Shown here one piece after another: positions 1 through 9,688 of a stretch of DNA of 32,000 nucleotides. This DNA is from Stella vacuolata (GTDB taxonomy: Bacteria > Pseudomonadota > Alphaproteobacteria > ATCC43930 > Allostellaceae). The translations under genes were made by a program, and so were the position numbers. The stretch is taken from contig AP019702.1 in assembly GCA_006739055.1 (NCBI GenBank), positions 2,535,388 to 2,567,387 of the forward strand, in the 5' to 3' direction. The notes under the pieces are model-generated. The model was given only the letters and a program-made list of their open reading frames with translations. It had not been told where the DNA came from and did no database searches. Every line of letters begins with the position of its first letter. Position 1 is the stretch's first letter.

Positions 1-373
1 GCGCGTCCTGCGGCATCACGATCAGGGCCGGCACGCCCATGGCCTGGGCGGCCGCGGCCAGCCCCTGGGCATGGTTGCCCGAGGAATAGGTGACGACGCC
101 GCGGGCCCGCACGTCGGGCGCCAGCGCGGCGACGCTGTTGTAGGCGCCGCGGAACTTGAACGAGCCGGTGCGCTGCAGCATCTCGGCCTTCATCAGCAGG
201 CGCCCGCCCAGGATCGCGTTGGCGGCCGGCACTTCCAGCAGGGGGGTCAGCACCGCCTCGCCGCGGATGCGCTCGGCCGCCTGCTCGATGGCCGAGATGT
301 CCGGCGCCTGCGGGGCGAGCGGCGGCAGCCGCTCCGGCGGGATGGCGGGCATGGTCGCGAGCGCGGCGGTCAT
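1..373 (-). CDS. PLP-dependent threonine/serine dehydratase-family enzyme (N-terminal part; 3' end lies outside the window)
   Basis: Not in the supplied ORF track because it runs off the window. My reverse-complement translation from ATG 373..371 gives MTAALATMPAIPPERL...VLTPLLEVPAANAILGGRLLMKAEMLQRTGSFKFRGAYNSVAAL...VVTYSSGNHAQGLAAAAQAMGVPALIVMPQDA. 'SFKFRGA' is the PLP-lysine motif and 'SSGNHAQG' a conserved loop of the IlvA/TdcB/serine-racemase fold. Confidence 0.75.
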   Translation of the reverse strand, partial: MTAALATMPAIPPERLPPLAPQAPDISAIEQAAERIRGEAVLTPLLEVPAANAILGGRLLMKAEMLQRTGSFKFRGAYNSVAALAPDVRARGVVTYSSGNHAQGLAAAAQAMGVPALIVMPQDA

Positions 374-432
374 CGGTGTCTCCGGCGGGATGGCGGGTCG
401 GATGCGGCCGCGCGCGGCGGCGGCGCGGCGGG

Positions 433-1119
433 CTAGAGCGACAGTAGCCGCGGCAACTCGTCCAGGCTGGCGATGGTCGCGGCGGGCTGGCCGGGCAGGC
501 CCTCGGCGGGCTGGCCGGTCCGGTCGATGTGCACCGCCTGGAAGCCGAAGCAGGCGGCCCCGGCGACGTCCCAGCCATTGGCGGACACGAAGCAGATTTC
601 GGCCGGCTTGCAGGCGAACCGCTCGCAGGCGAGCGTGTAGACCGACGGATGCGGCTTGTACATGGCGACCCGGTCGACCGAGAGGACGGCATCCAGCAGC
701 CGCCCCAGGCGGGCCGCCGAGACGGCCGCGGCCAGCATCGAGGGGCTGCCGTTCGACAGGATGGCGGTCGGCCGGCCGGCTTCCTTCAGGCGGGTGAGGA
801 CGGAATGGGCGTCGGCATAGGCGTCGAGCTCCAGGTAGCTCGCCATCAGCCGCGCGCGCAGGCCGGGATCCTCGATCGCCAGGGCCGCCAGGGCATGGTC
901 GAGGGCAGCCCCGGTGACGTGCCAGAAATCCTCGTACCGGCCCATCAGGCTGCGCAGCCAGGTGTATTCGAGCTGCTTGCGCCGCCACAGCTCCGCCAGA
1001 ACCAGCGTGCGCTCGCCCAGCAGGTCCTTCCACCGCCGGGCCGCGGCGGCGACGTCGAACAGCGTGCCGTAGGCGTCGAAGACGCAGACCCGGGTCGCGG
1101 CCAGCGTGGCGGCGGTCAT
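433..1119 (-). CDS. Haloacid dehalogenase type II (HAD superfamily)
   Basis: ORF 433..1299 trimmed to ATG at 1119 (MTAATLAATRVCVFDAYGTLFDV..., 228 aa). It has HAD motif I 'FDAYGTLFD' with the nucleophilic Asp, plus 'ILSNGS', 'YKPHPSVY' and 'FVSANGWDVAGA', typical of L-2-haloacid dehalogenases. The start overlaps the upstream stop as ATGA (1116..1119). Confidence 0.8.
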   Translation of the reverse strand: MTAATLAATRVCVFDAYGTLFDVAAAARRWKDLLGERTLVLAELWRRKQLEYTWLRSLMGRYEDFWHVTGAALDHALAALAIEDPGLRARLMASYLELDAYADAHSVLTRLKEAGRPTAILSNGSPSMLAAAVSAARLGRLLDAVLSVDRVAMYKPHPSVYTLACERFACKPAEICFVSANGWDVAGAACFGFQAVHIDRTGQPAEGLPGQPAATIASLDELPRLLSL

Positions 1120-3128
1120 CGGCGGAGGTCCGCGGACAGGGCCACGGGGGTGCCGGCGCCGGCCAGGCGCCAGCGATAGACCTGAAGATTCTCCATGACG
1201 CGCTGCACGTAGTTGCGAGTCTCGTTGAAGGGGATCATTTCCACCCAGTCGACCGGGTCGACGCCGCCGTTGCGCGGGTCGCCATAGTCGCCCACCCACT
1301 GCCGCGACCGGCCGGGCCCGGCATTGTAGGCGGCGACCGCCAGGATGTAGGAGCCGTTGAAGTTGCGGATCTGGTCGCCGAGGTAGCGACTGCCGAGCGC
1401 TACATTGTAGCCGGGGTCGTTGATCAGCCGCTGGTCGGAATGGCTTTCGGCCAGTTGCCGGGCGACTTGGCGGGCGGTCGCCGGCATCAGCTGCATCAGG
1501 CCGCGGGCACCGGCGCTGCTGACGACGACCGGGTCGAACATGCTCTCCTGCCGGATCACCGCATTGACCAGGGCGGCCTCGGTATCGGCCTCGGCCGGGG
1601 TGACCTGGAGGGGGAAGGCCGCGCCCGGCAGATGGATGCCGTCATAGCCGGCGCGCTTGCCGGCCGCGACCGCGAGGCTCGGATAGCCGGCCCGCTGCGC
1701 CAGGGCGGCGGCCAGCGCATGCTCGGCCGGGGCCTTGGCGTCGAGCACCAGGCGGTGGACGAAGGGCCGGGCCGACCGCGTCTCGCCGATCGCCAGCAGA
1801 AGTTCGGTGGCGATGGCGGGCTCGCGGGCGGCGAACGCCGCGGCCTCCGTGGCGCTCGGCTGGACCGTCGCCACCACCCAGTCGGGGGCCGTGGTCAGGC
1901 CGATGCGCTCGGCCGCGAGCTGGCCGTAATAGGTGGTCAGGTGGCGCGCGGCCCGCTGATAGTGGCGGACCGAATCCGCCGTGTTGCCGGCCGCCTCGGC
2001 CGCGCGGCCGCGCCAGTAGGCCCCGCGGGCCAGGCTGATCGGCATGCCGACCGCGGCCTCCAGGCGCTCGAAATGCGTCGCGGCCCGGGCCGGGTCGTTC
2101 AGGAAGCGCAGCGCGATCCAGCCCGACAGGAATTCCGCCTCCGCCAGCGGCGAGCCCTCGGTGTAGCCATGGGTCGACGCGATCCGGTAGGCGCCGTCCG
2201 GCGAGCCGAGGCGCAGCGTGCGGCGGGCCAGCACGTTGCGCTCCACCCACCAACTCTGCGGCCGCCCGGTCTCGTCCGGCCGGGCCGTCAGTATGGCCGC
2301 CGCCGCTGCATCATCCTCCGCCCGGCGGTAGTAGCGCACCAGATCGAACAGGAGGCCGGGGTCGGCGCGCTCGGCGTCGCCCAGCAGGGCCAGGCCGTCG
2401 GTACCGCGGCCGGCGCGCAGGCGCAGCCGCATCTCGGCCACCCGGGCCCGCGACGGGCCGACCAGCGCCAGCATGCGCTGGGCGCCGAGCGTCTCGCTGG
2501 TCCAGACCAGGCGGTCGAGGCGCTCGGCATGGTCGACCGGGCGCAGGGCCGCCGAGAAACGCGCGAGGAAATCCTTCTCTTCGTCGGCGCGGAAGCTGCC
2601 TTCGATCCAGGCCTGGCGCAGGACCGCATTGCCGTCCTCCAGGCGCCCGGCCCGGATCAGCGCCGAGCCGTAGGCGATGCGCCCGGTCGTCGTCTCCGGC
2701 CGTCGGCGGTCGAACCAGTCGATGACGGTGGCATCGGGCGGCGGCGGGTCGAGCCGTTCCTCCAGCAGGCGCTGCAGGCGGGCGAGGCCGGGCCAGCCGG
2801 GATTGGCGTCGAGGAAGGCCGCGAGCTCCGCCGGGTCGGCGCGGATCTCGTCGCGCTGCCATTCGAGCCAGCGCACCAGCTTGCCCGCGACCGGGTGGCC
2901 GGCCGCGTCGGCGAGCCGCCGGGCATCCATCCAGTTGCCGGCGCGAATCGCGCTGCCGGTCTCCTGCCAGACGGTGGCGACCGGCGCCGGCAGCCCCTGG
3001 GCGGCGGCCGGCCCGGCCAGGGCCAGCGCCAGGGCGCCGGCAACGGCCAGGCGGCGGGCGCGGCCGGCAAGGCCGGTCGGGCGGGATGGGGCGGAGCGGG
3101 TCATCATCGATCGCGTCTCTGCCGGCAT
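1116..3128 (-). CDS. slt: Soluble lytic murein transglycosylase (Slt70-like)
   Basis: 670-aa ORF with a signal-like N-terminus (RRLAVAGALALALAGPAAAQG) and a long helical N-domain. The C-terminal SLT domain has 'IRQESMFDP' (catalytic Glu), 'GLMQLMPATA' and 'AAYNAGPGR'. The start is ambiguous (ATG at 3128, 3107 or 3104). Confidence 0.85.
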   Translation of the reverse strand: MPAETRSMMTRSAPSRPTGLAGRARRLAVAGALALALAGPAAAQGLPAPVATVWQETGSAIRAGNWMDARRLADAAGHPVAGKLVRWLEWQRDEIRADPAELAAFLDANPGWPGLARLQRLLEERLDPPPPDATVIDWFDRRRPETTTGRIAYGSALIRAGRLEDGNAVLRQAWIEGSFRADEEKDFLARFSAALRPVDHAERLDRLVWTSETLGAQRMLALVGPSRARVAEMRLRLRAGRGTDGLALLGDAERADPGLLFDLVRYYRRAEDDAAAAAILTARPDETGRPQSWWVERNVLARRTLRLGSPDGAYRIASTHGYTEGSPLAEAEFLSGWIALRFLNDPARAATHFERLEAAVGMPISLARGAYWRGRAAEAAGNTADSVRHYQRAARHLTTYYGQLAAERIGLTTAPDWVVATVQPSATEAAAFAAREPAIATELLLAIGETRSARPFVHRLVLDAKAPAEHALAAALAQRAGYPSLAVAAGKRAGYDGIHLPGAAFPLQVTPAEADTEAALVNAVIRQESMFDPVVVSSAGARGLMQLMPATARQVARQLAESHSDQRLINDPGYNVALGSRYLGDQIRNFNGSYILAVAAYNAGPGRSRQWVGDYGDPRNGGVDPVDWVEMIPFNETRNYVQRVMENLQVYRWRLAGAGTPVALSADLRR

Positions 3129-3182
3129 TCTACGGGGCCCGGGCGGCCTCCGCCACCCCCGGGTCGATGCGGGCGGGCGGAT

Positions 3183-4408
3183 CTACCCGCGCAACTGGCC
3201 GATGGCATGGGCCAGCCCGTCGAGTAGCGCGTCGACGTCGCCGTCGTCGTTGTAGGGGGCGAGGCTGGCGCGGACCGTGCCGACCAGCCCGCAGCTCTCC
3301 ATCAGCGGCTGCGCACAATGGTGCCCGCCGCGCAGCGCCACGCCGTGGGTCGCGTCGACGAACTGGCAGACGTCGTGCGGGTGCAGCCCGTCGAGCGCGA
3401 AGGAAACGACCCCCAGGCGCTGCTGCAGCCCGGCCGGCCCGAGGATGCGGCAGCCGGGGATGGCCGCCAGCCCGTCCAGGATGCGCCCGGTCAGGCGCAG
3501 CTCGTGGGCCAGGATCGCTGTCCAGTCGAGGCCCGCCAGCCAGTCGAGCGCGGCACCCAGGCCGACCGCGGGCGCGATCGGCGGCGTGCCGGCCTCGAAC
3601 TTGTTGGGAATCGGCGCCCAGCTCGAACCCTCGAAGCTGACATGGCTGATCATCTCGCCGCCGCCCAGGAAGGGCGGCATCGCCTCCAGCAGCCGGGCCC
3701 GGCCCCACAGCACGCCGATCCCGTTGGGGCCGAACGCCTTGTGGCCGGAGAAGGCATAGAAGTCGACGCCCAGGGCCTGGACGTCGACCGGCCCGTGCGG
3801 CGCGCGCTGGGCGCCGTCGACCAGCACCTTGGCGCCGACGCCCCGCGCGGCGGCGACGACCTGGGCCAGGTCGGTCAGGGCGCCGGTGACGTTGGAGCAG
3901 TGGGTGACGGCAATGAGCCGGGTGCGCGGTGTCACCAGCCGGTCCAACTGGTCGAGGTCGAGCCGGCCGTCCGATGTCGCCGGGATGACGGCGATGCGGA
4001 TGCCGCGGCGCATCTGCAGCAGCTGCCAGGGGACGATGTTGCTGTGATGCTCCAGCACCGACAGCAGCACCTCGTCGCCCTCGCCCAGCGTGTCGCCGAA
4101 GGCCCGGGCGACCAGGTTGATGGCGCCGGTGGTGCCGCCGGTGAAGATCACCTCGCGCGGGGAGGGGGCGTTGAGGTAGCGGGCGGCCGCCAGGCGCGCG
4201 GTCTCGTAGGCCTCGGTCGCGGCCTCGGCCAGGCGGTGGACGCCGCGTTTCACGTTGGCCCGCGCGGTCGAATCCTGGCGGGCGACGGCGTCGATGACAT
4301 GCTGCGGCACCTGGGCCGAGGCGCCGCTGTCCAGGTAGTGCAGCGCCGGCCCGTCGAACGGGGCCTGGAAGATCGGGAACAGGGCGCGGAAACGCGCGGG
4401 ATCGAAGC

Positions 4409-4412
<4 letters not shown>
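3183..4412 (-). CDS. Cysteine desulfurase, class V aminotransferase fold (SufS/CsdA/NifS-like)
   Basis: ORF 3183..6089 trimmed to ATG at 4412 (MSFDPARFRALFPIF..., 409 aa). Motifs: 'VTHCSNVTG', the PLP-lysine motif 'FSGHKAFGPNGIGVLWG', and the C-terminal active-site cysteine loop 'LRGGHHCAQPL'. The start overlaps the upstream stop (ATGA, 4409..4412). Confidence 0.85.
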
Positions 4413-6052
<1,640 letters not shown>

Positions 6053-6096
6053 CGCCGGCCGTCCCTGGTTGGAAGCCGGGACTGCCCATCGGTCGC

Positions 6097-6125
6097 AGCG
6101 TCCCTCGACTGCGCTCGGGATGAGG
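6097..6125 (+). repeat. REP-like intergenic repeat, copy 1 (AGCGTCCCTCGAC-TGC-GCTCGGGATGAGG)
   Basis: The 29-nt core is identical to copy 2 and to the reverse complement of copy 3 except for the central 3 nt. A more diverged ~20-nt tail (AACTCCTCAATTCGCACAAC) resembles the tail after copy 2. Confidence 0.8.
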
Positions 6126-6154
6126 AACTCCTCAATTCGCACAACTGCCTGCGT

Positions 6155-6183
6155 AGCGTCCCTCGACGGGGCTCGGGATGAGG
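6155..6183 (+). repeat. REP-like intergenic repeat, copy 2 (AGCGTCCCTCGAC-GGG-GCTCGGGATGAGG)
   Basis: Direct repeat of copy 1, 58 nt downstream. It can pair with inverted copy 3 to form a long stem. Confidence 0.8.
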
Positions 6184-6227
6184 GGGCTTCTCGATCGGCG
6201 CAAACGCTCGTGAAGAAAGAAAAATCT

Positions 6228-6256
6228 CCTCATCCCGAGCGAAGTCGAGGGACGCT
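6228..6256 (-). repeat. REP-like intergenic repeat, copy 3 (inverted; reverse complement = AGCGTCCCTCGAC-TTC-GCTCGGGATGAGG)
   Basis: The plus strand reads CCTCATCCCGAGCGAAGTCGAGGGACGCT. This is an inverted copy of the same 13+3+13 core. Confidence 0.8.
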
Positions 6257-6311
6257 TTGACCCATGGCCAGCGCTCCTGTCGCCGGCCGTCGGCGGTTTC
6301 GTTCCCGGCCG

Positions 6312-7013
6312 TCACGCCGCTGGCTCGGCGTGCAGGGTCTGGGTGATCTGGGCCATGATCGAGACCGCGATCTCGGCCGGCGACACCGCCCCGATGTCGA
6401 GCCCGACCGGGGCGTGGATGCGGCCGATCTCGTTGTCGCCGAAGCCCAGCGCCTTCAGCCGCTCGACCCGGGCGGCGTGGGTGCGCCGGCTGCCGAGCGC
6501 GCCGATGTAGAAGGCGGGCGAGCGCAGCGCCACGGCCAGTGCCGGGTCGTCCAGCTTGGGGTCGTGGGTCAGGGTGACGACGGCGGTGCGCACGTCCGGC
6601 TTCACCCGCTCCATCGCCTCGTCCGGCCAGTCGGTGTCGAGCGTCACCTGCGGGAAGCGGGCGTCGGTGGCGAAGCCGTGGCGCGGGTCGATCACCACCA
6701 CCTGGTAGCCGCCGATGGCGGCCATCGGCACCAGGGGCTGGGCGATGTGGACCGCGCCCACCACCACGAGGCGGCGCGGCGGGTTGTAGACATTGACGAA
6801 GACCGGGCCATCGGCGGTCTCGATCGTCCGGCCGCGGTCGTCGCGCAGCGCCTGCAGGGCGGCGGCGACGGCGCCGTCGTCCAGCTCCAGCTCGCCCTCG
6901 GTGCGATCGGGCCAGACGAGCCGCGCGGCGCCGGAGGCGAGGTGGGTGGCCAGTGCGACGGGGACCTTGGCCGCGCGCGTCTCGCGCAGGGTCGACAGGA
7001 TGGCGGCCTTCAT
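6312..7013 (-). CDS. XdhC-family Moco insertion/sulfuration chaperone, C-terminal (Rossmann-like) half
   Basis: ORF 6312..7448 trimmed to ATG at 7013 (MKAAILSTLRETRAAKVP..., 233 aa). Motifs: 'RLVVVGAVHIAQPLVPMAAIGGYQVVVIDPR', 'FYIGALGSRRTHAARVERL' and 'IHAPVGLDIGAVSPAEIAVSIMAQI'. ATGA overlap with the upstream half (7010..7013). Confidence 0.8.
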   Translation of the reverse strand: MKAAILSTLRETRAAKVPVALATHLASGAARLVWPDRTEGELELDDGAVAAALQALRDDRGRTIETADGPVFVNVYNPPRRLVVVGAVHIAQPLVPMAAIGGYQVVVIDPRHGFATDARFPQVTLDTDWPDEAMERVKPDVRTAVVTLTHDPKLDDPALAVALRSPAFYIGALGSRRTHAARVERLKALGFGDNEIGRIHAPVGLDIGAVSPAEIAVSIMAQITQTLHAEPAA

Positions 7014-7327
7014 TCGACGCGCTCGACGAAGACCTGCACCTTGCCGCCGCAGGCGAGGCCCACGTCCCAGGCCTGCTCGTTGCTGATGCCGAAGTCGAGC
7101 AGGCGGGGCTTGCCGTCGCCGATGCAGTCGAGCGCCTCGCGCACGACCGCCCCCTCGATGCAGCCGCCGGAGACGGAGCCGACGAAGGCGCCGGCATCGT
7201 CGACCGCCAGCTGGCTGCCGACCGGGCGGGGCGAGGACCCCCAGGTGACGACCACCGTGGCCAGGGCGACGCCCTTGCCGTCGGCGCGCCAGGCGGCGGC
7301 CTGGTCCAGGATATCGGGCTCGGTCAT
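7010..7327 (-). CDS. XdhC/CoxI-family protein, N-terminal-domain half
   Basis: ORF 7010..7348 trimmed to ATG at 7327 (MTEPDILDQAAAWRADGKGVALATVVVTWGSSPRPVGSQLAV...FVGSVSGGCIEGAV..., 105 aa), which matches the XdhC_CoxI N-terminal domain pattern. ATGA overlap with the coxE stop (7324..7327). Confidence 0.8.
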   Translation of the reverse strand: MTEPDILDQAAAWRADGKGVALATVVVTWGSSPRPVGSQLAVDDAGAFVGSVSGGCIEGAVVREALDCIGDGKPRLLDFGISNEQAWDVGLACGGKVQVFVERVE

Positions 7328-8565
7328 GCGCGCGCGGCCTCCTTCCATCGGGCGATCTCGGTGGCGTTGACCGGGGCCGGGCGGCCCAGGGCGGCGGCCA
7401 GCGCGCCGAGGCTTTCCAGGTTGTGGATCGGACGGAACTCGTCGACATGGGGCATCATCGCCCGCATCCCCAGAGACTTGGGCGCGAAGGCGTCATAGCG
7501 CAACAGCGGGTTGAGCCAGATCAGCCGGCGGCAGGACTTGTGCAGCCGCTCCATCTCTGCCGCCAGCCCGTCGGCGGCGTCGCGGTCGAGCCCGTCGGTG
7601 ATCAGCAGCACGACCGCGCCCTGGCCCAGCACCCGGCGCGACCAGTCGCGGTTGAAGAGATGCAGCGCCTTGCCGATGCGCGTCCCGCCCGACCAGTCGT
7701 CGACCATCTCGGCAATCCGGCCCAGCGCCAGGTCGATGTCGCGGTGGCGCAGGTAGCGGGTGACGTTGCTGAGGCGGGTGCCGAACAGGAAGGTGTGGAC
7801 GCGGTCGCGGTCGTTGGTGAGCGCGTGCAGGAAATGCAGCAGCATCCGCGAATAGCGCGCCATCGAGCCGGAGATGTCGCACAGCACGACCAGCGGCGGG
7901 TGGCGCCGGCGCCGTTCCTTGCGCTTCAGCGGGATGGTGCCGGCGCCGGACCGCATGGCGGCGCGGAGCGTCGCCCGCAGGTCGGCCCGGCTGCCGCGCG
8001 GGTCCGGCCGGAAGCGGCGGGTCGGCACGTCCATGATCGGCAGGCGCATGCGGGAGATGATGGCCGTCGCCTTGGCCACTTCCTCGGCCGACATCGCCTC
8101 GAAGTCCATGGTCTGGATCAGCTCGCGGTCCGACCAGGTCAGCGTGGCGTCGATCTCGAGTTCCTGCTCCTCGCGCTCGCGCGTCCGCGAGGGCCCGTCC
8201 TTGCCGTGCAGCGCCTCGGCGACGCGGCGCGACAGCGGCTCCTGCTCGTCCTCCTTGCGGCCGACATTGGGCAGCAGCAGGCCCATCATCTTTTCCAGCA
8301 GTTCGGGATTGCGCCAGAAGACGTGGAAGGCCTGGTCGAACAGTTCGCGATGCTCCTGCCGGTTCACGAACACGGCGTGCAGCGTCCAGTAGAAGTCGCG
8401 GCGGTTGGTGATGCCGACGGCGGTGACCGCGCGCACCGCGTCGATCACCTTGCCGGGGCCGATCGGCAGGCCGGCCGCGCGCAGCGCGCGGGCGAAATGC
8501 ATCAGGTTGGGGACGAGGCTGCCGCCGAAATCGTCCCGGTCGGGCGGCCGGCGCGGCGCGTCCAT
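7324..8565 (-). CDS. coxE: CoxE-like von Willebrand factor A (VWA) domain protein
   Basis: ORF 7324..9612 trimmed to ATG at 8565 (MDAPRRPPDRDDFGGSLVPNLMHFARALRAAGLPIG..., 413 aa). It has the MIDAS motif 'VVLCDISGSM' and 'VLLITDGLDR'. It lies 5 nt downstream of the MoxR ATPase gene, the classic coxD-coxE pairing. Confidence 0.85.
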   Translation of the reverse strand: MDAPRRPPDRDDFGGSLVPNLMHFARALRAAGLPIGPGKVIDAVRAVTAVGITNRRDFYWTLHAVFVNRQEHRELFDQAFHVFWRNPELLEKMMGLLLPNVGRKEDEQEPLSRRVAEALHGKDGPSRTREREEQELEIDATLTWSDRELIQTMDFEAMSAEEVAKATAIISRMRLPIMDVPTRRFRPDPRGSRADLRATLRAAMRSGAGTIPLKRKERRRRHPPLVVLCDISGSMARYSRMLLHFLHALTNDRDRVHTFLFGTRLSNVTRYLRHRDIDLALGRIAEMVDDWSGGTRIGKALHLFNRDWSRRVLGQGAVVLLITDGLDRDAADGLAAEMERLHKSCRRLIWLNPLLRYDAFAPKSLGMRAMMPHVDEFRPIHNLESLGALAAALGRPAPVNATEIARWKEAARA

Positions 8566-8570
8566 CGGGC

Positions 8571-9488
8571 TCACGGCGTGCCGCTGGACGCCAGCTCGGC
8601 CTTCACCTGGTTGAGGATGCGGTTGGCCTCGCTGCCCTGGATGCGGGCGATGTCGTCCTGGTACTTCAGCAGGGTGCCGAGCGTGTCGTTGACCGTGTCG
8701 CGGTCGAGCTCGAAGGCGTCGAGCTGCATCAGCGCATGGGTCCAGTCGATCGTCTCGGCGACGCCCGGCAGCTTGAACAGGTCCATCTTGCGCAGTTCCT
8801 GGACGAAGGAGACGACCTGCTTCGACAGGGCCGCGCCGGCCCCCGGGCAGCGCACCCGCAGGATCTCCATCTCGCGCTTCGCCGTCGGGTAGTCGACCCA
8901 GTAGTAGAAGCAGCGCCGCTTGAGGGCGTCGTGGATCTCGCGCGTGCGGTTGGAGGTGACGATGACGATGGGCGGGGCCGGCGCCTTGATGGTGCCGATC
9001 TCCGGGATCGTCACCTGGTAGTCGGACAGGACCTCCAGCAGGTAGGCCTCGAACGGCTCGTCGGTGCGGTCGAGCTCGTCGATCAGCAGCACCGGCGGGC
9101 CGGCCACGTCGGGCTCCAGCGCCTGGAGCAGGGGGCGGCGGATCAGGAAGCGGTCCGAGAAGATCTCGTCCTCGATCGAATCCCGTCCCGACCCGGTCGC
9201 CTCGCCGAGCCGGATCTCGATCATCTGGCGGGCATAGTTCCACTCGTAGACGGCCGAGGCGACGTCGAGCCCCTCGTAGCATTGCAGCCGGATCAGCTTG
9301 CGCCCCAGCGCCGACGACAGGACCTTGGCGATCTCCGTCTTGCCGACCCCGGCCTCGCCCTCCAGGAAGAGCGGCCGGCCGAGCGAAAGGGCCAGGTAGA
9401 CCGCGGTGGCGAGGCTGCGGTCGGCGACGTAGTTCGCCTGGCCCAGCAGGGCCAGCGTCTCGTCCACGGAGGCGGGAAGCGACGACAT
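8571..9488 (-). CDS. coxD: CoxD-like MoxR-family AAA+ ATPase
   Basis: 305 aa with Walker A 'LEGEAGVGKTEIAK', Walker B 'VLLIDELDR' and 'IVIVTSNRTREIHDALKRRC' (sensor/Arg-finger region). Confidence 0.9.
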   Translation of the reverse strand: MSSLPASVDETLALLGQANYVADRSLATAVYLALSLGRPLFLEGEAGVGKTEIAKVLSSALGRKLIRLQCYEGLDVASAVYEWNYARQMIEIRLGEATGSGRDSIEDEIFSDRFLIRRPLLQALEPDVAGPPVLLIDELDRTDEPFEAYLLEVLSDYQVTIPEIGTIKAPAPPIVIVTSNRTREIHDALKRRCFYYWVDYPTAKREMEILRVRCPGAGAALSKQVVSFVQELRKMDLFKLPGVAETIDWTHALMQLDAFELDRDTVNDTLGTLLKYQDDIARIQGSEANRILNQVKAELASSGTP

Positions 9489-9554
9489 GAGGGACAGGAC
9501 CTTTCGCGGGGAACGGCCGGCGGGCGATGCGAGCCGCCGATGCTTGTTGCCAGA

Positions 9555-9583
9555 AAGCTAGTGGCTGGGGGGAACGGTTGCAA
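9555..9583 (-). promoter_or_regulatory. Tentative sigma70-type promoter for the coxD operon (TTGCAA-17 nt-TAGCTT)
   Basis: On the minus strand, -35 TTGCAA is at 9583..9578 and -10 TAGCTT at 9560..9555, with a 17-nt spacer. This lies ~65 nt upstream of the coxD ATG. The call rests on hexamer matching only. Confidence 0.25.
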
Positions 9584-9619
9584 CGCGGTGAGGTGCCGCT
9601 GCGGTCGGTCAACGCAAGG

Positions 9620-9648
9620 TTGAAGAATCGCTATGATATCGCAATGAT
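9620..9648 (+). promoter_or_regulatory. Tentative promoter for the DUF262/DUF1524 gene (TTGAAG-17 nt-AATGAT)
   Basis: The hexamers sit in the AT-richer patch 9615..9688. A good RBS (GAGGA, 9679..9683) lies 5 nt before ATG 9689. The call rests on hexamer matching only. Confidence 0.2.
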
Positions 9649-9688
9649 CGGGCAGATTGCAGACGAATCACGCTGATCGAGGATTGCG

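Noticed and set aside
1440-3227. 595-aa plus-strand ORF, and similar long alternative-frame ORFs (e.g. 3130..4533, 4430..6181, 12899..15139, 13139..14905, 15957..17507, 27778..29394, 28601..30610)
   Set aside because: All overlap genes with strong family signatures on the other strand or frame. Their products are Arg/Pro/Gly/Ala-rich, as expected for off-frame translation of high-GC coding DNA.
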